Assembly: GCA_964016885.1 (NCBI GenBank)
Contig: OZ024749.1
Coordinates: 47,678,001 to 47,742,000, forward strand
Source of the DNA: Eledone cirrhosa
Lineage: Eukaryota
Length of the DNA stretch: 64,000 nucleotides
Direction of reading: 5' to 3'
A program made the position numbers and the translations under genes. Within the stretch, counting starts at the first letter, position 1. The number at the start of each line of letters is the position of its first letter. Of this stretch, positions 28,921 to 43,597 are shown one piece after another. The notes under the pieces are model-generated. The model saw only the letters and a list, made by a program, of their open reading frames with translations, was not told where the DNA came from and did not search any database.

Positions 28921-29811
28921 TAGATATAGATATATATACATATATATGTGTGTGTGTGTGTGTGTGTATGTGTGTGTGTGTGCGAGTGTATGTGTGTGTG
29001 TGTGTTAGTATCGGTGTGTGTATGCATGTGTATGCGTGTGTGTGTTCGGGAGTGTGTGTATAATGTGTATTTGTTTGTGTGTCTGTTTGTTTATGCACGA
29101 ACATATGATATGTGTCTACGTAACTTATTTTAAAAACTCTATACATATGTAAAATTGATCATTACTTTTTTCCGTACGAAATTTATGTTAACGTATGTAT
29201 ATATGATAAATTATAATTATGTATAATCTATATATATCGACACCAATAAATCCCCATCAATTCAAATGAATAACAAAATGTAGATACTAAAAGAGAATTC
29301 ATTAATTATCAACAGATGAATATTATTTCGACATGATTAAATGATTGTCAACTTGAAACTTTTATATTATTTTGAATACTTTATATTCTCCTGTATTCAG
29401 CTGCGTCGTATGAATTTACGCTGCTGTTTATCAAAATCTTATTATATTTATCACATAATATAAGGATTTTGATATAATATACATATATTTTTAAAATGTA
29501 TTCATTTTAATTTTTTTTTCCCCATCAGTTCAAGTGATTTCCAACAATTTACATATATTATGTGCAAGGACACATTTTCACATTTTCACTTGAGGCATAT
29601 GTGCCTGCTTGAAATATATTTAAATATCTTTTTTCTAAAGATATTATGTTTTATGATATTATGATTTTTACGTACGTCAATTCTCTACAGTGATTTGAGA
29701 AGTCGTAACAGTTACTGTATGAGGTATAAATATATATATCTAACAACTAACAACGAATGAACCATAAATAAATAAATAAATATATATATATATATCTCGC
29801 CATCCATCTAG

Positions 29812-29864
<53 letters not shown>

Positions 29865-30250
29865 TAGATAGATATAGATATATATACATATATATATATA
29901 CCAATCTCTATCAACCATAGAAATCTGGAAATACGTAGTATAAAGGGTTTCATTTACTGTATCTTCAAATATATTTCTACCTTATATTTTAGGTAAAAGA
30001 AAGAAATTACAGCTGATTTACTTGAACATTTGTCTAAACATAAAATCACAATCCAATTTTATATTCACAAGCATATAATATAATTGTGTCCTCAGGAATG
30101 GCTACCTAATACACCAAGAATAATTGGAAGTTAGTAAGATATTGCACTGATACATTTGTCATCCTATATTGTGATAATGATATTCCGTTTAAGTCATGTG
30201 TACGTATGCTAACATATATATATATATGTATATGTATATATATGTATATA

Positions 30251-30394
<144 letters not shown>

Positions 30395-33036
30395 ATATTA
30401 AAATTATACGTATGCTGACACACATACACATGTACACACGTGTGTGTTTGTATAAATATCTGCAGGTTCGGAAAAGGAAAAAGGAAAGCACCACTCAATC
30501 GGGGAGAGAGTTGATATATTATATTATTTATTTATGTTAATACACGAAACAAAAGCGCTCCATTAATATCAAAACACAATGTTGACCACATCCCCAGAAT
30601 GTATGAGGGTCCAATAGTGTGACATCCACGTATTTAGTAACGGTACACTCAGACAACGATGGCAGTTACATATAACAACCATGCCCTCCTAGGAAGTGGT
30701 TTAAAGACAAACTTATGTACACACACATTCATTCCAAACGCAATCATACAAAATATGCTAACAGAAAAAATAAGAATGATATAGTTCTCATCCCAATTTA
30801 CATTTAATTTGAATTTTATAATTTTGACATATATGTTTTTTCATACTTACATAATGCAGTAAAAAGTCTATATTAGTCTTCTTCACAACTTAATATATAT
30901 TACAATCTCTATATTACATAACACCAAATAATACACTACATCTGCAATAGCTCGCGGACGTTAACACGTGTACGATTTCGCTGTCAAATTCAAGTTTGTC
31001 TGCATTATAAACTACAAAATGAATCTAAGACCACTGCATTGATATACGGCTTGACACAAATGTATATATGGCTCGACTCAAATACATTGACTGAATAACT
31101 TGAATATTTTATGTATACCTAAAAACCACACAGCTGAATATCAGGAGAAAGATATATATTTCTATTAAAGATAATATTGTTTCCTCAAATACGTTTCACG
31201 TATACCTAATTGTGATAGGCACGATGTTGGTATGTGATCACTGAAATACTACTAAATGGACACGGGTGATTAGGTTTGTTCAAATATGTTTATTGCATGC
31301 ATTTAAAGGATACAAAGGGCATAACCTTTACACATATTGTCTGCAAGCTAGGATGCTGAATTAAATTCATCAGTGGAATATTTGATAACGCTTAATTAAC
31401 TACAATGGTTACCATATTTGAAGGATGATGTATTAATATTTACAGTAATTTCTATGTAAACTATAATACGTGAGTCAGTTGGACAAGGATTATGGAGGAA
31501 TATTCAAAATGCAAAGGCCTATTAAATGTTGCCCAGCAGTGGTAAAAGAAAATACCAACTATGAATGTTTACTATGTACAACACATAATAGCGGAAAACC
31601 ATATAATATGTGAATTGGTCAATTCACAACATACACATTCTTAATTCACTTCGTCAAAAAACATACATACGCATGTGCTCGATACTAAAAGCTTCAACAT
31701 TCTTCATCCGAACTCACCGAAACGTGAACTGTACTTGTGTAATACATTTTATCTTTAAGAAGATGAGATATGTTAGATAATAGCATTTGAGTCTGTCAGA
31801 TAATAGCATTTGAGTATGTCCAAAAAGGACATATCAGTTTCTCATCAACATCATGCATGCATGCATGTACACGTCTTACTTTGAAATGATGTAAAGTAAC
31901 ACTGGATAAACGAAGATGGACTCATAATTTAAATTGCCATGTTGCTATCAAAATATACTATTCGAATATTATAACCGTGTGATACAAGGAAATAATATAT
32001 TTATCCCAAATAAGATATATAAATGTTCAATTACTCGCATCCCCTTTCTGTGTAATGACAGCATAAATACAATTCTGACGTTTCTTTTCATTTCCTGACA
32101 CTGTTGGTTCTCCAGATGAATCCTACTCGAAAAGAAATAAGATTAGAATAATTTTATTCTTGTTTACTTCGTATTTCTCGTTCTTATATTTAAGTTGCTG
32201 TTGTTTTTATAAACACCGAACTGGAATATGTAAACGTATCTTTACATATACAAAACACATCACCGATGTTCTTGTTATATGCTGGAATATATTTTCCAGC
32301 ATGTTCTGCTAATTCTCTGGTACATATAGTATGTTTTATCTACTAGTTGCATTGACGTGTTAGATTCTCATAAGTTGTTCATTCTTTGTTTAATATTTAG
32401 AACTTTATCTAAGTAAACATATAGGGAAAGGCTTAAATGAGAGTGGCATTTCTAGTGTGCATTTGCGTTGGCAATATGTCATTCTATATGGGCCCATCTA
32501 TGTGTTAACACGTAGAATCCTAGACGGTTAATGGACATGAGTCTTTAAATTATGTTGCCATTATTTTACTTCATTCTAAACAATACATATAAATATTTAG
32601 TTTATGTCCATGCATTCATAGAAATTCTTCATATTTGTTGAAATAATTCAATAGCGTTTTCGATATGTGGGAAGTAAATGGAGAATTCACATATAACTTC
32701 TTAATAATCTATCAATGTGATGTATTTTTATGGTTTCAACAGTTACCACCGCTATATCGAGATAGATATGCCAATGCAGTGATAGGGTACAAAGAAATGT
32801 CGCAAAATGTAATTGGAAATACTTTCACTTCATGAGACTCTCCCATATTTCAATAGGGAAAGGGTCGGAGCCAAAATTGAATACAACACTCAACATATTA
32901 GTAGTGAACGCACATATTTACTTCTATAGCAATAAGATATTCTGGCAAGATATGTTTCTTTCTTTAGGAAACATGAAGCCATATATATATATATATGGGT
33001 GTGTGTGTGTATTTATATATGTATATATATATATAT

Positions 33037-33254
33037 AGGAACAAGTAAGAACCCGACGGCTGAGCTCAAGCCGTTTCGACGGGGCTAATTCTGTACTGAA
33101 TGAAACATTTTTCATTCAGTACACAATTAGCCGTTGAAACGGCTTGAGCTCAATCGTCGGGGTCTTACTTGTTCCTATTACCCACTCTACTACCCTAAGT
33201 ATTGAGTACTTTGGTGCATTATGGTCCACCTGGTTCCTTACCACATTTCCTTCG

Positions 33255-33256
<2 letters not shown>
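33037..33256 (+). mobile_element. Family A copy
   Basis: Same arms and tail; longer central hairpin GTACTGAATGAAACATTTTTCATTCAGTAC. Confidence 0.85.
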
Positions 33257-33327
<71 letters not shown>

Positions 33328-35313
33328 TGAGAGGGATACATCTCCTATGGTAGATTCCTTTGTCTAGGATATGCCATATATGGAATAACGCTAGGAGCAG
33401 GCAGGGCCATGATCACATTATGTATCTCTTAATCAAACAAATATGTTGCAATTTTCTACTGCGAATGAATGAATAAATATTTGCTACTCTGGCTATGTTT
33501 GCTTAGTCTGCATAATCATTCCGGTTATTTTACGAGGAGGTCACTTGTAAGGTTGTAAAACCTCATGTCATATGCCTGCGACTGGCTTTTTACTGCGTTA
33601 GAGATTCTATTGATTGCACCTTTCGCAGCTCCGACGCAACGTATAACAATCACATTCCGAAGCATGTTACACTTAACACCAGTTACTTTCTGGCTGTGTG
33701 TTACTAGATACTTTGTTTATTTATACTTTGGGCAGTCAATTTACTTTTCTTACATAACTTTAGTTAATCTGTGATTTTTTTTTAGATTTAAGAGTTCAAA
33801 GTATCCTGATCCTTTAGATTATTAGCATTGACTTGCAAATCAGCTTGAAAATCCGAAAATATTTAAACAAATATATCACAAAAAGATTTGTATATGCTAA
33901 AAACATATGGTCAGCAATATTAAATATATTTTTGTACATTGATTTTCAAATAACAATAACAGTGGAAGAAATATATCATAGCAATATACTATATTCTATA
34001 GATAGTAGAGAGAGAACAAATTGATGATGAACAGAAATTATTTCTTTTGCAGATATCATATGATGTGTATCATATGATATAAATGTATGTAGATTAAAAC
34101 TGTTAACAGCTACATTTAGAATCAACTAGTATTTCAATATTATATGCATGTCTAGTTAACATTTTATCACCATAAAAGTATGATAGAATACGATATATTC
34201 TATGTAACAATGCGTAATATAATATACCATATTGTATAATTTACCCTCCTAACCTAAATAAGACTCCATAAATGTTCGTATATTCATCTTTAGATGAGTA
34301 AGGAATATATATGAACATATCTGATATATAATGACAACTTCATACACACGATATAATTCCGGTAAAAGACATGGTGGTTTATATTGGTATGTGGGAACAT
34401 TCTGAATCTAAATCTCAAAGCTAGATGACCACTGTTTTGAATTTTCGCTAGTGAGCATGTGTAAACATCAGTCCGCATTGAACCATGCGTCTTTACGTCT
34501 TACATTACATATTTCGCTTGAAGTGTCACCGTTATCTATTTTTCATTATCGCTCGACATAATACATGTTTATTTCGTTTCGACTGAAATTATACGAAACC
34601 TGTATTTTGTGCCTTTAGCTAATGTAAGAAAATAATTATTATTACTGAAAAAATAATCATTATTTCTTAACGCCACAAAGGATATATGATGAAACAAATG
34701 ATTGTTTTTTTTATTATATTTATTTATTTATTGCCACATAAATGTGAAATATTTTTATCTACATTTAAATTTAAAATCTTAATTATCCATTGAAGTTTCA
34801 TCGTGCATAATTGATGTTGTTTTATTTATTTATTGATTTTTTTTTTGTAGAAATGAAGCTCCGATTTTCATTATTTTAATAACTGTGAATTTCAGTATAA
34901 TTCCAGTTCGAATCTAAAGAAACCGACATATGATCAAAATATCTTTGAAGTAGCGGGCAACTATTTGTTGCATCCATTGGACACTTTGTTAAAAGAGCAA
35001 TGTCTTTATGAATATCTAACTCCTCGTTATGGCATATGAAGGACCCGTGCATAACCTTATGTTATTGTGTCTGATGTTTTCTATCCTTGTCATAATATTT
35101 CATATAGTCGATATTTGATGTCATTGGTGGAGCGCTATTTGCTATTGATGTTATACTTATTCTTATTTGTATTGTATATGGTGATATATTTGTGGCTACA
35201 TACAATGGTATCATCATGTATGTTGGTATTTGTGCTATATTAGGTGACACAATTGTAAATATTAATAAGGTTATTATTGGTGAGGTATCTAGAAACAATT
35301 ATTATTTAAGGAA

Positions 35314-35545
35314 GGAGGATTGGCAGTATCGGTAAAGTGACGGACAATTTTTTACTGAATAGAGTTACGCATCTGTATGTACTGAGTTCAAATACCACCG
35401 GCATTAAGCTTGCCTTTCATCCTCAACATTTCGATAAATAAAACACCTGGGATGCGATAGGGTCAAATTAATCGACTTTTTCTTCCAGCCACATCGCTTT
35501 CATTGTGCCTAAATAAGAAACTGTTATAACTGTTATTATTATCAT
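35314..35545 (+). mobile_element. Older SINE S1 copy with an extra internal segment
   Basis: GGATTGGCAGTATCGG..GAGTTCAAATACC..GGGTCAAATTAATCGACT..TGTGCCTAAATAAGAAAC. Confidence 0.7.
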
Positions 35546-36225
35546 ATGATTTATCCAGAGATTGACACTAATTGAATGTTCGTGGGTATAAAGGTTTTAC
35601 GAGACATAACGAGGATGTGTGTACAGAGTTATTTGAGACACATTTATTTGATATGATTACACCCCGCACAATAAAACAGGTTAAAACTTGGGGAATATTT
35701 TCTCGCTAATTATATGAGGCGGAGCCCGGATGTAGAGGCTCCTCCCATATTGGCAGAATTGTATTCGGTTATTTGATGCTGAATAATTTATCATATTTTT
35801 TATTGTTTTAATTGCGGCGGTTGATTTGCTTTTTGCCGGCGATTTGATATTCTGTTTGTTTGCTTTTCATATAATGCTGAGTCATTATCGATGGAAATTA
35901 TTATATTGCCTGTGGAAATAAAAAACTGCAAATGTAGTGATGAATGCAAATAAAAAAGAGAGAAAGATTGGTTTCGAGGGAAAATATTCATAAGTAGAGA
36001 AATAAGAATGTGAAGAGAAACAAACATTCTGATACTTAGTAAAATGTGTAAATGATGTCAACTAAAGAAAAATATTTATATATAAAGAGGTGATTAATTT
36101 GCCACATTCATAATTACAACAAAAAAACACACTTTACAGGTTTTGCTTTATTTTTAGGACTATTAAATAAACTACAATTATGTATGTGTCTACCTGCATC
36201 CACACACACACGCACATAGACACTC

Positions 36226-36339
<114 letters not shown>

Positions 36340-36352
36340 ATACATATATATG

Positions 36353-36397
<45 letters not shown>

Positions 36398-36430
36398 GTA
36401 TGTGTATACATATATATATATGTGTATATA

Positions 36431-36477
<47 letters not shown>

Positions 36478-36500
36478 ATATATATATATACATATATATA

Positions 36501-36560
<60 letters not shown>

Positions 36561-36593
36561 ATTTCCGTGGATAAGGTAAAGGAAGCAAGACTG

Positions 36594-36626
<33 letters not shown>

Positions 36627-37713
36627 CCATTGACAATCGACGTCATCATCCTAATTCGTGATAATGTGGACCATGTTCTCCTTCTCAATATTATGCAACC
36701 TCTCTATGAGTATACGTATCTCTTGGATATTCTTTTGACTATTTTCGCTCCACATCTGATATGATAATAACGCAAGTCACACCTTATAAACTAGCTCTTT
36801 ACATACGTGAAATTACAAGCGATCAATTGGAATTTGATGATTTGTGTTGCCTACACGAATACTCTTTCTATTTTCCTCGTACAGTAGGATCTGGAGTTGA
36901 ACGAACCATCCTAAACGCATATATACATTTGCTAAGATTTTTCTTTCGAAAAAGTATTTCACATCGAAATATAAGTATTTTTATCACAATATAGAAACTT
37001 GTGACATATCCCTTGACAGTGTGAATTAGAATAAGTTGGATTTTATGTCTCAGTTTGGAAATCGGTTTTCAAATTGATATATGAATCATTTATAGATATT
37101 AAATTATGATTTAAAAGAAATTTATATTTCTTTAAAGCAGAATAAACATGCACAACGTTAGCTAGAACGTATATTTCGAGGATGGAAATTTCGTAGAATA
37201 ATGTGACATAATTAATTCTATATTTCTCTTAAAACAGTAGTGTATATTACAACCGACACGGAATCTATTTCCTTGTCGGAAATGTTACATCTGAATATTA
37301 CGTGCATTCAATTATTAAAGTGAGCTCAATACATCTACTTGTATTCCCTTATCAGAAATATATCCACCAACACAAGCACATACGCAGTCGCTAGCACTGA
37401 AACACAAACAAATAAATGTTAATATATCAATATATATGTATACGTATATATATATATATAATAGTATTATTATTTTTTTTTTTTTGCATATACCGATGCG
37501 ACCATGACTGCGTGAATGTGTATATAAATTTATACATGGTGTATTCAGAGATGCAAACGTGCTAAATTCACATATTCCTTTCTAAATTGAAAACAAAACG
37601 ATAAAATTGTTGAATTGATATTCGATAATTGTTACGTTCCCATCACAAGATGTGTATATGAGTGAGATCTCTACATACACGAGAAGCGTATACAAATAAT
37701 TTATAGGCAATTT

Positions 37714-37721
37714 CTACTACC

Positions 37722-37770
<49 letters not shown>

Positions 37771-37791
37771 GTACTACTACTACTACTACTA
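37714..37791. repeat. (CTA)n microsatellite
   Basis: Direct reading. Confidence 0.9.
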
Positions 37792-37841
37792 AAATCATAA
37801 TTATAAAATTCATTGTTTCTGATCCAGTCACAAAGACAGCA

Positions 37842-38006
37842 ATATTATTAGGAGTCGGGAAGTGGATTATATCGACTCCTGTGCATCATGGTGCATTATG
37901 TTATCGACACATTGAGGATGAAAGGCAAAGCTAAACTTGGCGGGATACGAAATCAGAACTTAAAGGGGAAGTAACTTTATGCCGGCGCTGTACATATTCT
38001 GCCAAT
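37842..38006 (-). mobile_element. Diverged SINE S1 copy
   Basis: TTATCGAC..GGATGAAAGGCAAAG..GGCGGGAT..CAGAAC. Confidence 0.65.
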
Positions 38007-38285
38007 AATTGTTTAAGATATTTCGTAATGCCTATATCAGGAAATGTCATAATCAATGTAAGAATGATATGTTTCCTGTGTGTCCGGTCATAATAACATG
38101 AATGTTTTAAATGTCCTGCAAAATATGTGAGATGATGTGAAGAAGAGACCTATGTTAATCCCATATATGTTCATATGCATTGTTCCTTGTCAGATTGATC
38201 TCTTCGGTTGCACGCAAAAACAATTTATGTGATACACATACACACAGGGGTGCACACGTGACTTATATCCATGGCTATACATACA

Positions 38286-38368
<83 letters not shown>

Positions 38369-38736
38369 TATATTATATTTAGAGATTAAACTCATAGTCG
38401 TTTACAATTAATCAGCTTGGGTTTTGAAGTCGTTTTGAAGTCGTTTACAATTAATCAGCTTGGGTTTTGATGTGCAAATTCATCTACGGAGCGGGTTTGG
38501 ATTTTGAAATTTAAATTTGTGCAGGAATCACGGCTTTTGCCAATATAAGCTTGTCTTTATTGACTATATAGAGACAGACAAATTGTACTCACTTTAATTA
38601 GTTTATTTCATGCTAGGTAACTTTGTCTGTTACAATACAAACATGTTTTGTGTTTATCATATATATTAATATATGACTTGTATATATATAAATATATATA
38701 TAGATATATATATATATATATATAACCATGCTCATT

Positions 38737-38776
38737 CCGAGCTGAAGATCCGCTAAGGTGAAACAATTGTTCTCGG
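38737..38776 (+). ncRNA. Minimal type I hammerhead ribozyme motif (family B) inside an ~85 bp insert between TA tracts
   Basis: CCGAG-CTGAAGA-TCCGCTAAGGT-GAAA-CAATTG-TT-CTCGG: perfect helix I, intact core, palindromic helix III ACAATTGT, GUU triplet. Helix II is short (CC/GG) with U/U at 10.1/11.1. Confidence 0.75.
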
Positions 38777-39154
38777 TATGGTGAACTAACTGTTGTGTAA
38801 CCACGTATATATATATATATATGTGTGTGTATGTGTGTGTATGTATGTGTATGTGTATATGTGTGTTTGTCTATATACGTGTGTATGCATATATATAGCT
38901 GTGTGTGTATTTGTTTTCCTCTGCACGTGTGTGTTATCTACCTATATATGTATATATCAATATAATATGTATCTATACATAACTATATCTCTGTTTTTAA
39001 ACACATATGCACAAGCAACCATCTCTCTGTATCTCTATATCCCTACATTTCTCTCTCTCTCTCTCACACACACGCACACAAACGAACAGACACACACAAA
39101 CACATACACCCACATATATTTTTTTTTTCCTCTATCTATCTCTATGTATTTATA

Positions 39155-39315
<161 letters not shown>

Positions 39316-39853
39316 TATAATATATAAATGCATAGAGAGATATAGAGAAAAATATAGATAGATACATATATTGAAAAGTGTGTTTGTATATATATAGATA
39401 TATTTTATTCATGCATACATGCCAACACAGGAACATTAAAGTTGTTCAAATTGATATTATCTATAATCTAGGTGTACAAAACACCGATAAAACATGTAAC
39501 AGCTTATATACATTGCAAGGATAATGCTATGAATGAGCTGGAAAAAAATAAACACCAGTGGACCTTAAGTCAAGAAAAGTCAACATACCAGTATTAATGG
39601 AATTTCCACACATAAATCAACACATCTTCTATAATTCTAGAAGCATCCATTGGAAATAGATTTTGTGTAAGTTCATTCGCATGGTTTCTGCTTTCTACTG
39701 CATAATGCCAGTAATAATATTTTCCATGAAAAAGAAGCTAACGACGATATATACATGCCCAGTCGCACATCGAAAATACGCATGGACACGTACTTGCCTA
39801 CTTCATATATATTTATATATCTCTATCTAACTCCTTCTCGCTTGTGTCAGTGT

Positions 39854-39908
<55 letters not shown>

Positions 39909-39922
39909 GTATATATATATAA

Positions 39923-39954
<32 letters not shown>

Positions 39955-39963
39955 GTATATGTA

Positions 39964-40016
<53 letters not shown>

Positions 40017-40039
40017 TAACTTCAGTTTACACTCCCTGG

Positions 40040-40069
<30 letters not shown>

Positions 40070-40071
<2 letters not shown>

Positions 40072-40297
40072 AGGAGGTGAGTTCCTCTACCTCTCAATAT
40101 ATTTTCCCAATATCACACATCAAACTAAAACTACTTTTCATATGTTGATTTAAAACTCCACTATTCACAAGTGTTTTTTAACCTTCATATCCCTATTTTA
40201 TCTGACGAAAACGCAAATGTTATTGCATGATGATATTTGTTTTTAAAATGCGCATAATAAAATACATGGAACTATTTTAACCATCTTTTGATCTTAT
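40070..40297 (+). mobile_element. Family C copy with mutated hammerhead (40196-40262)
   Basis: TTTTAT-CTGACGA-AAACGCAAAT..ATTTGTTTTT-AAAA-TGCGCA-TA-ATAAAA; GAAA has become AAAA. Confidence 0.72.
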
Positions 40298-40322
40298 ATT
40301 ATATATACATATATATATATAT

Positions 40323-40646
40323 ATATTGTTATACTTTGGGAGGGTCATGTTGCCAATATGAAACACACACACCATAGGTTCACTTCAATTTATTATAATA
40401 AACTTATAAATTTAGGAATTCATATATTTCCGGTTGGTTGGCTGGTTCCACAACCATCTGGTTGTGGAACCAACCAACCAACCGCAAATTTATAAATTTA
40501 TAAATTTATAAGTTTATTATAATAAATTGAAGTGAACCTGTGGTGTGTGTGTTTCTTATTGGCAACATGACCCTCCCAAAGTATAACAATATCGGTTTCA
40601 AAACACGTTTTCAGATAAAGAATCTTGCTAAACAAATTGAGAAACG

Positions 40647-40650
<4 letters not shown>
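40323..40650 (+). mobile_element. ~270 bp imperfect palindrome plus unique tail, TA-flanked
   Basis: Arms 40323-40456 and 40459-40592 around CAACCA-TC-TGGTTG; the tail to GAGAAACGAAA(TA)n is present on the right side only. Confidence 0.85.
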
Positions 40651-40690
<40 letters not shown>

Positions 40691-40867
40691 CTTTCTAGGT
40701 ACTCGGTTTTTCCCGATATATGCTTATGATATTGATGTTATATATATACATATAAATTACATATCTCTATCTATCTAGCTATCTATATATATATGTGTGT
40801 GTGTATGTGTGTGTGTGGGGGGGGGGCGAAGACACGTGTGTTTGTCGTTAGGGGATTCCGACCAACA

Positions 40868-41100
40868 TCGCAAGGTCGTGAGTTCGATTAAGTGTGGCGA
40901 GCAGGACATTTTATTTCACACTGCTCCTGTCCACTTAGCTGCTTAAATGAATTGTATTTATGGTAAACTGTGTCACACTGAATATCCATGAGTGTTGCTT
41001 TGTAGGTACGTTTTTTTGTAGAATGCTGAACATTTTGCAAGATAATTTCACGAGCAAGCTATTCCCTTGGTCTCATCTATTCGAACACTCGTCGTGGCAT
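40868..41100 (+). mobile_element. SINE family S2 copy
   Basis: B-box-like GAGTTCGATT, then ACATTTTATTTCAC..TGTCACACTGAA..TTCACGAGCA, shared with 45455-45670. Confidence 0.6.
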
Positions 41101-41506
41101 CGGTTACTGATATTATATATTATATATATATTTTTTTTGTTCATGTGCGTGCGTGCCTATGCTTGCATGTGTGTGTGTGTCGTGTAGATTATATGAAATG
41201 ATATAACCGAAACGAATTATTTCCGATATTTAACCATCCATTCTGAACACATTTATGCCAATATATTACATATATCATTGAATATCATTCTCTCGAATAT
41301 ACAGCAGCAGCTGAAAATATCGTCTCAAATTCTGTGATATTTCAGAAACAGTAGATCAAACAGTGAGTACCGTGGCAAATTAAATAAGTCACTGCCTAGG
41401 ATATCTGAGCTCAGAATTGGATAAATATTTGATATTTTTATTTAGTCTCATTTGTATCGCTTAGCTCTGTCACCAATTTTATTTTTTTTAAATAATACAC
41501 ATACAC

Positions 41507-41565
<59 letters not shown>

Positions 41566-41633
41566 GTCAGAGAGAGAGAGAGCGGGAGATAAATGAAGAG
41601 AGATAGATAGATGGATATATATATATTTATATA

Positions 41634-41768
<135 letters not shown>

Positions 41769-41989
41769 TCTGCGGCAGCAATGAATGAGAATATACAAGT
41801 GACTCTGAGGAAGTTAAGAGACACATGGTGAGGCACTGACCAGGAAAACGCATTGGTGCACGTCTAATGTCTCAAGGAACGAAGGAACAGAAAACTAGAA
41901 ATCATAAAAATCGGATCACGTAACCAAGAAATGGAACACAACCTAATTAAAATAAGCGTTCCTTGATCCATCAACCGTGGCATCTTTTG

Positions 41990-42273
41990 TCGACTAACAC
42001 AGATTCTGCTGCACGTCGAGGTGAAGAGGCCACACTCTACAAATACCGGTCGCTCTCCGACAGGTTTGCGGTCATTTACCTGTCAGTGGAGACTTCTGGT
42101 GTCGTCAGTCCGAAAGCTACCTCCCTACTCACCACCATAGGCGCTGAGCTGACCAGCGCAGGTGTGAGCCTCGCGAGTTGGAACGGCTCATACAGCGTTT
42201 CTCGCTTGCCGTCCCCCGGGGAAACGCCTTGTCCATTTTGTCCGCTGGCGCTCTGGGGAGGCCGTCAATATGA
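41990..42273 (+). pseudogene. 3' coding end of a CRE-like (RLE) non-LTR retrotransposon, frameshifted
   Basis: SAARRGEEATLYKYRSLSDRFAVIYLSVETSGVVSPKATSLLTTIG /fs/ EPRELERLIQRFSLAVPRGNALSIL matches the K..KY..L...F.P..VET.G and QR.S.A.QRGNA C-terminal pattern. GC-rich relative to its flanks. Confidence 0.75.
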
Positions 42274-43444
42274 TTGACTGACTTGTCATTTCATCAGTCA
42301 ACACATAAATTCCTGCCCACTTTCAGCACATTTATTGTGTTTTTTTAATATGTTTGTATCTCTGGCTAAATTATTTAGCCTTAACATTTGTCACTGGTTT
42401 TATTGCCCTCAGTCTATTAATGTAATGTTTTGTATAAAATAGATATAGGTTACATTCAGCCACTCCCAAAAGACAATTTCAACCAGCCAGTACAAAAGGG
42501 GATTTTAAAAGTAAAAAAGGTTGTTGGTAAATAGCTGGTATTTATAACCGTCGTGAAGTATATTTTCATCCAATTCAAATGCATACGAAATATTATGCAA
42601 AGAAAAATAGAAGATATGGAACGAAGCGAAGAGTATAAGATAAAGTGGTAGTGTCGATGATAGAATGTATGGCATGCGGAACTAATATGAAATTTCACAG
42701 AAAATATATTAAAGCAAGGCTTTGTAGTAAATCTGTAGCGTTAAATACTGCAAGAAATCAAGCGAACAATCACGGAACAAAGAAGCAAATCCAACGAAGC
42801 AAACATAAATTTAGTGATATTTTAAACATTACCTCCAAATACAGGTATGATTTGGGAGACAAAATATTAGAAAATATGCGCATAATGAACTTCTTTCGAA
42901 CACTTTTATAGGTAGTACTGCCGATACTGAGCTTTTTAAAATGTTCTGCTAGAAATAGCAATGCGATTTAACTGACGTATCCTCCACTCGTTCTTCAAAC
43001 AGAACACGCAATTTAGATGATGGACGAGACCGTAGAAGAATATCAGACCTGCAAAACAATTAATCATAGAAGATTTCAATGGAAAATGTCTCTGATCTAA
43101 ACAATTATAACAGCAAGACTTTAGCAATAACTAAATGTTACTTTCCATCGTAAATTTCGTCAGGTCACACATTGGAGGATATTCCATCTAACGACTGAGA
43201 TATTTTGTTATGTTTAAAACTGTTTTGCATAAAACAACATCTTCAATACGCAGCTGGATACTGAGATGTTGATACAAATCAAATAAATGAAGAAACATAA
43301 CTAAATGCTGATAGAGATAATGTTCATAGTTGCACGGAATGGAAAGAATATCCAGACAGACATCACGAATGTGTGTGCAAGTGTGTGTATGTTTTTTTTC
43401 TGTGCTATTGTATATGTCTAGGATTTGAGACTGTTATGTTATAA

Positions 43445-43597
43445 AGTAAGATTGTAAATAACTGTTTCTAAGTTTGGCACAAGGCCAGCAATTATCCAGT
43501 ACATTACTGGTACTTTATTTTATGAACCCCGTAAGGATGCATGGCAAAGTTAACCTCGGCGGGATTTGAACTTAGAATGAGTAAGATTGTAAATAAC
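43445..43597 (-). mobile_element. 5'-truncated SINE S1 with an 18-bp target-site duplication
   Basis: AGTAAGATTGTAAATAAC at 43445-43462 and 43580-43597 flanks the SINE body. Confidence 0.88.

Noticed and set aside
38397-38470. 31-bp direct repeat with a spacer (CRISPR-like look); similar short duplications at 28826, 31773 and 49195
   Set aside because: Only two units, in a eukaryotic context with no cas genes; these are ordinary local duplications.
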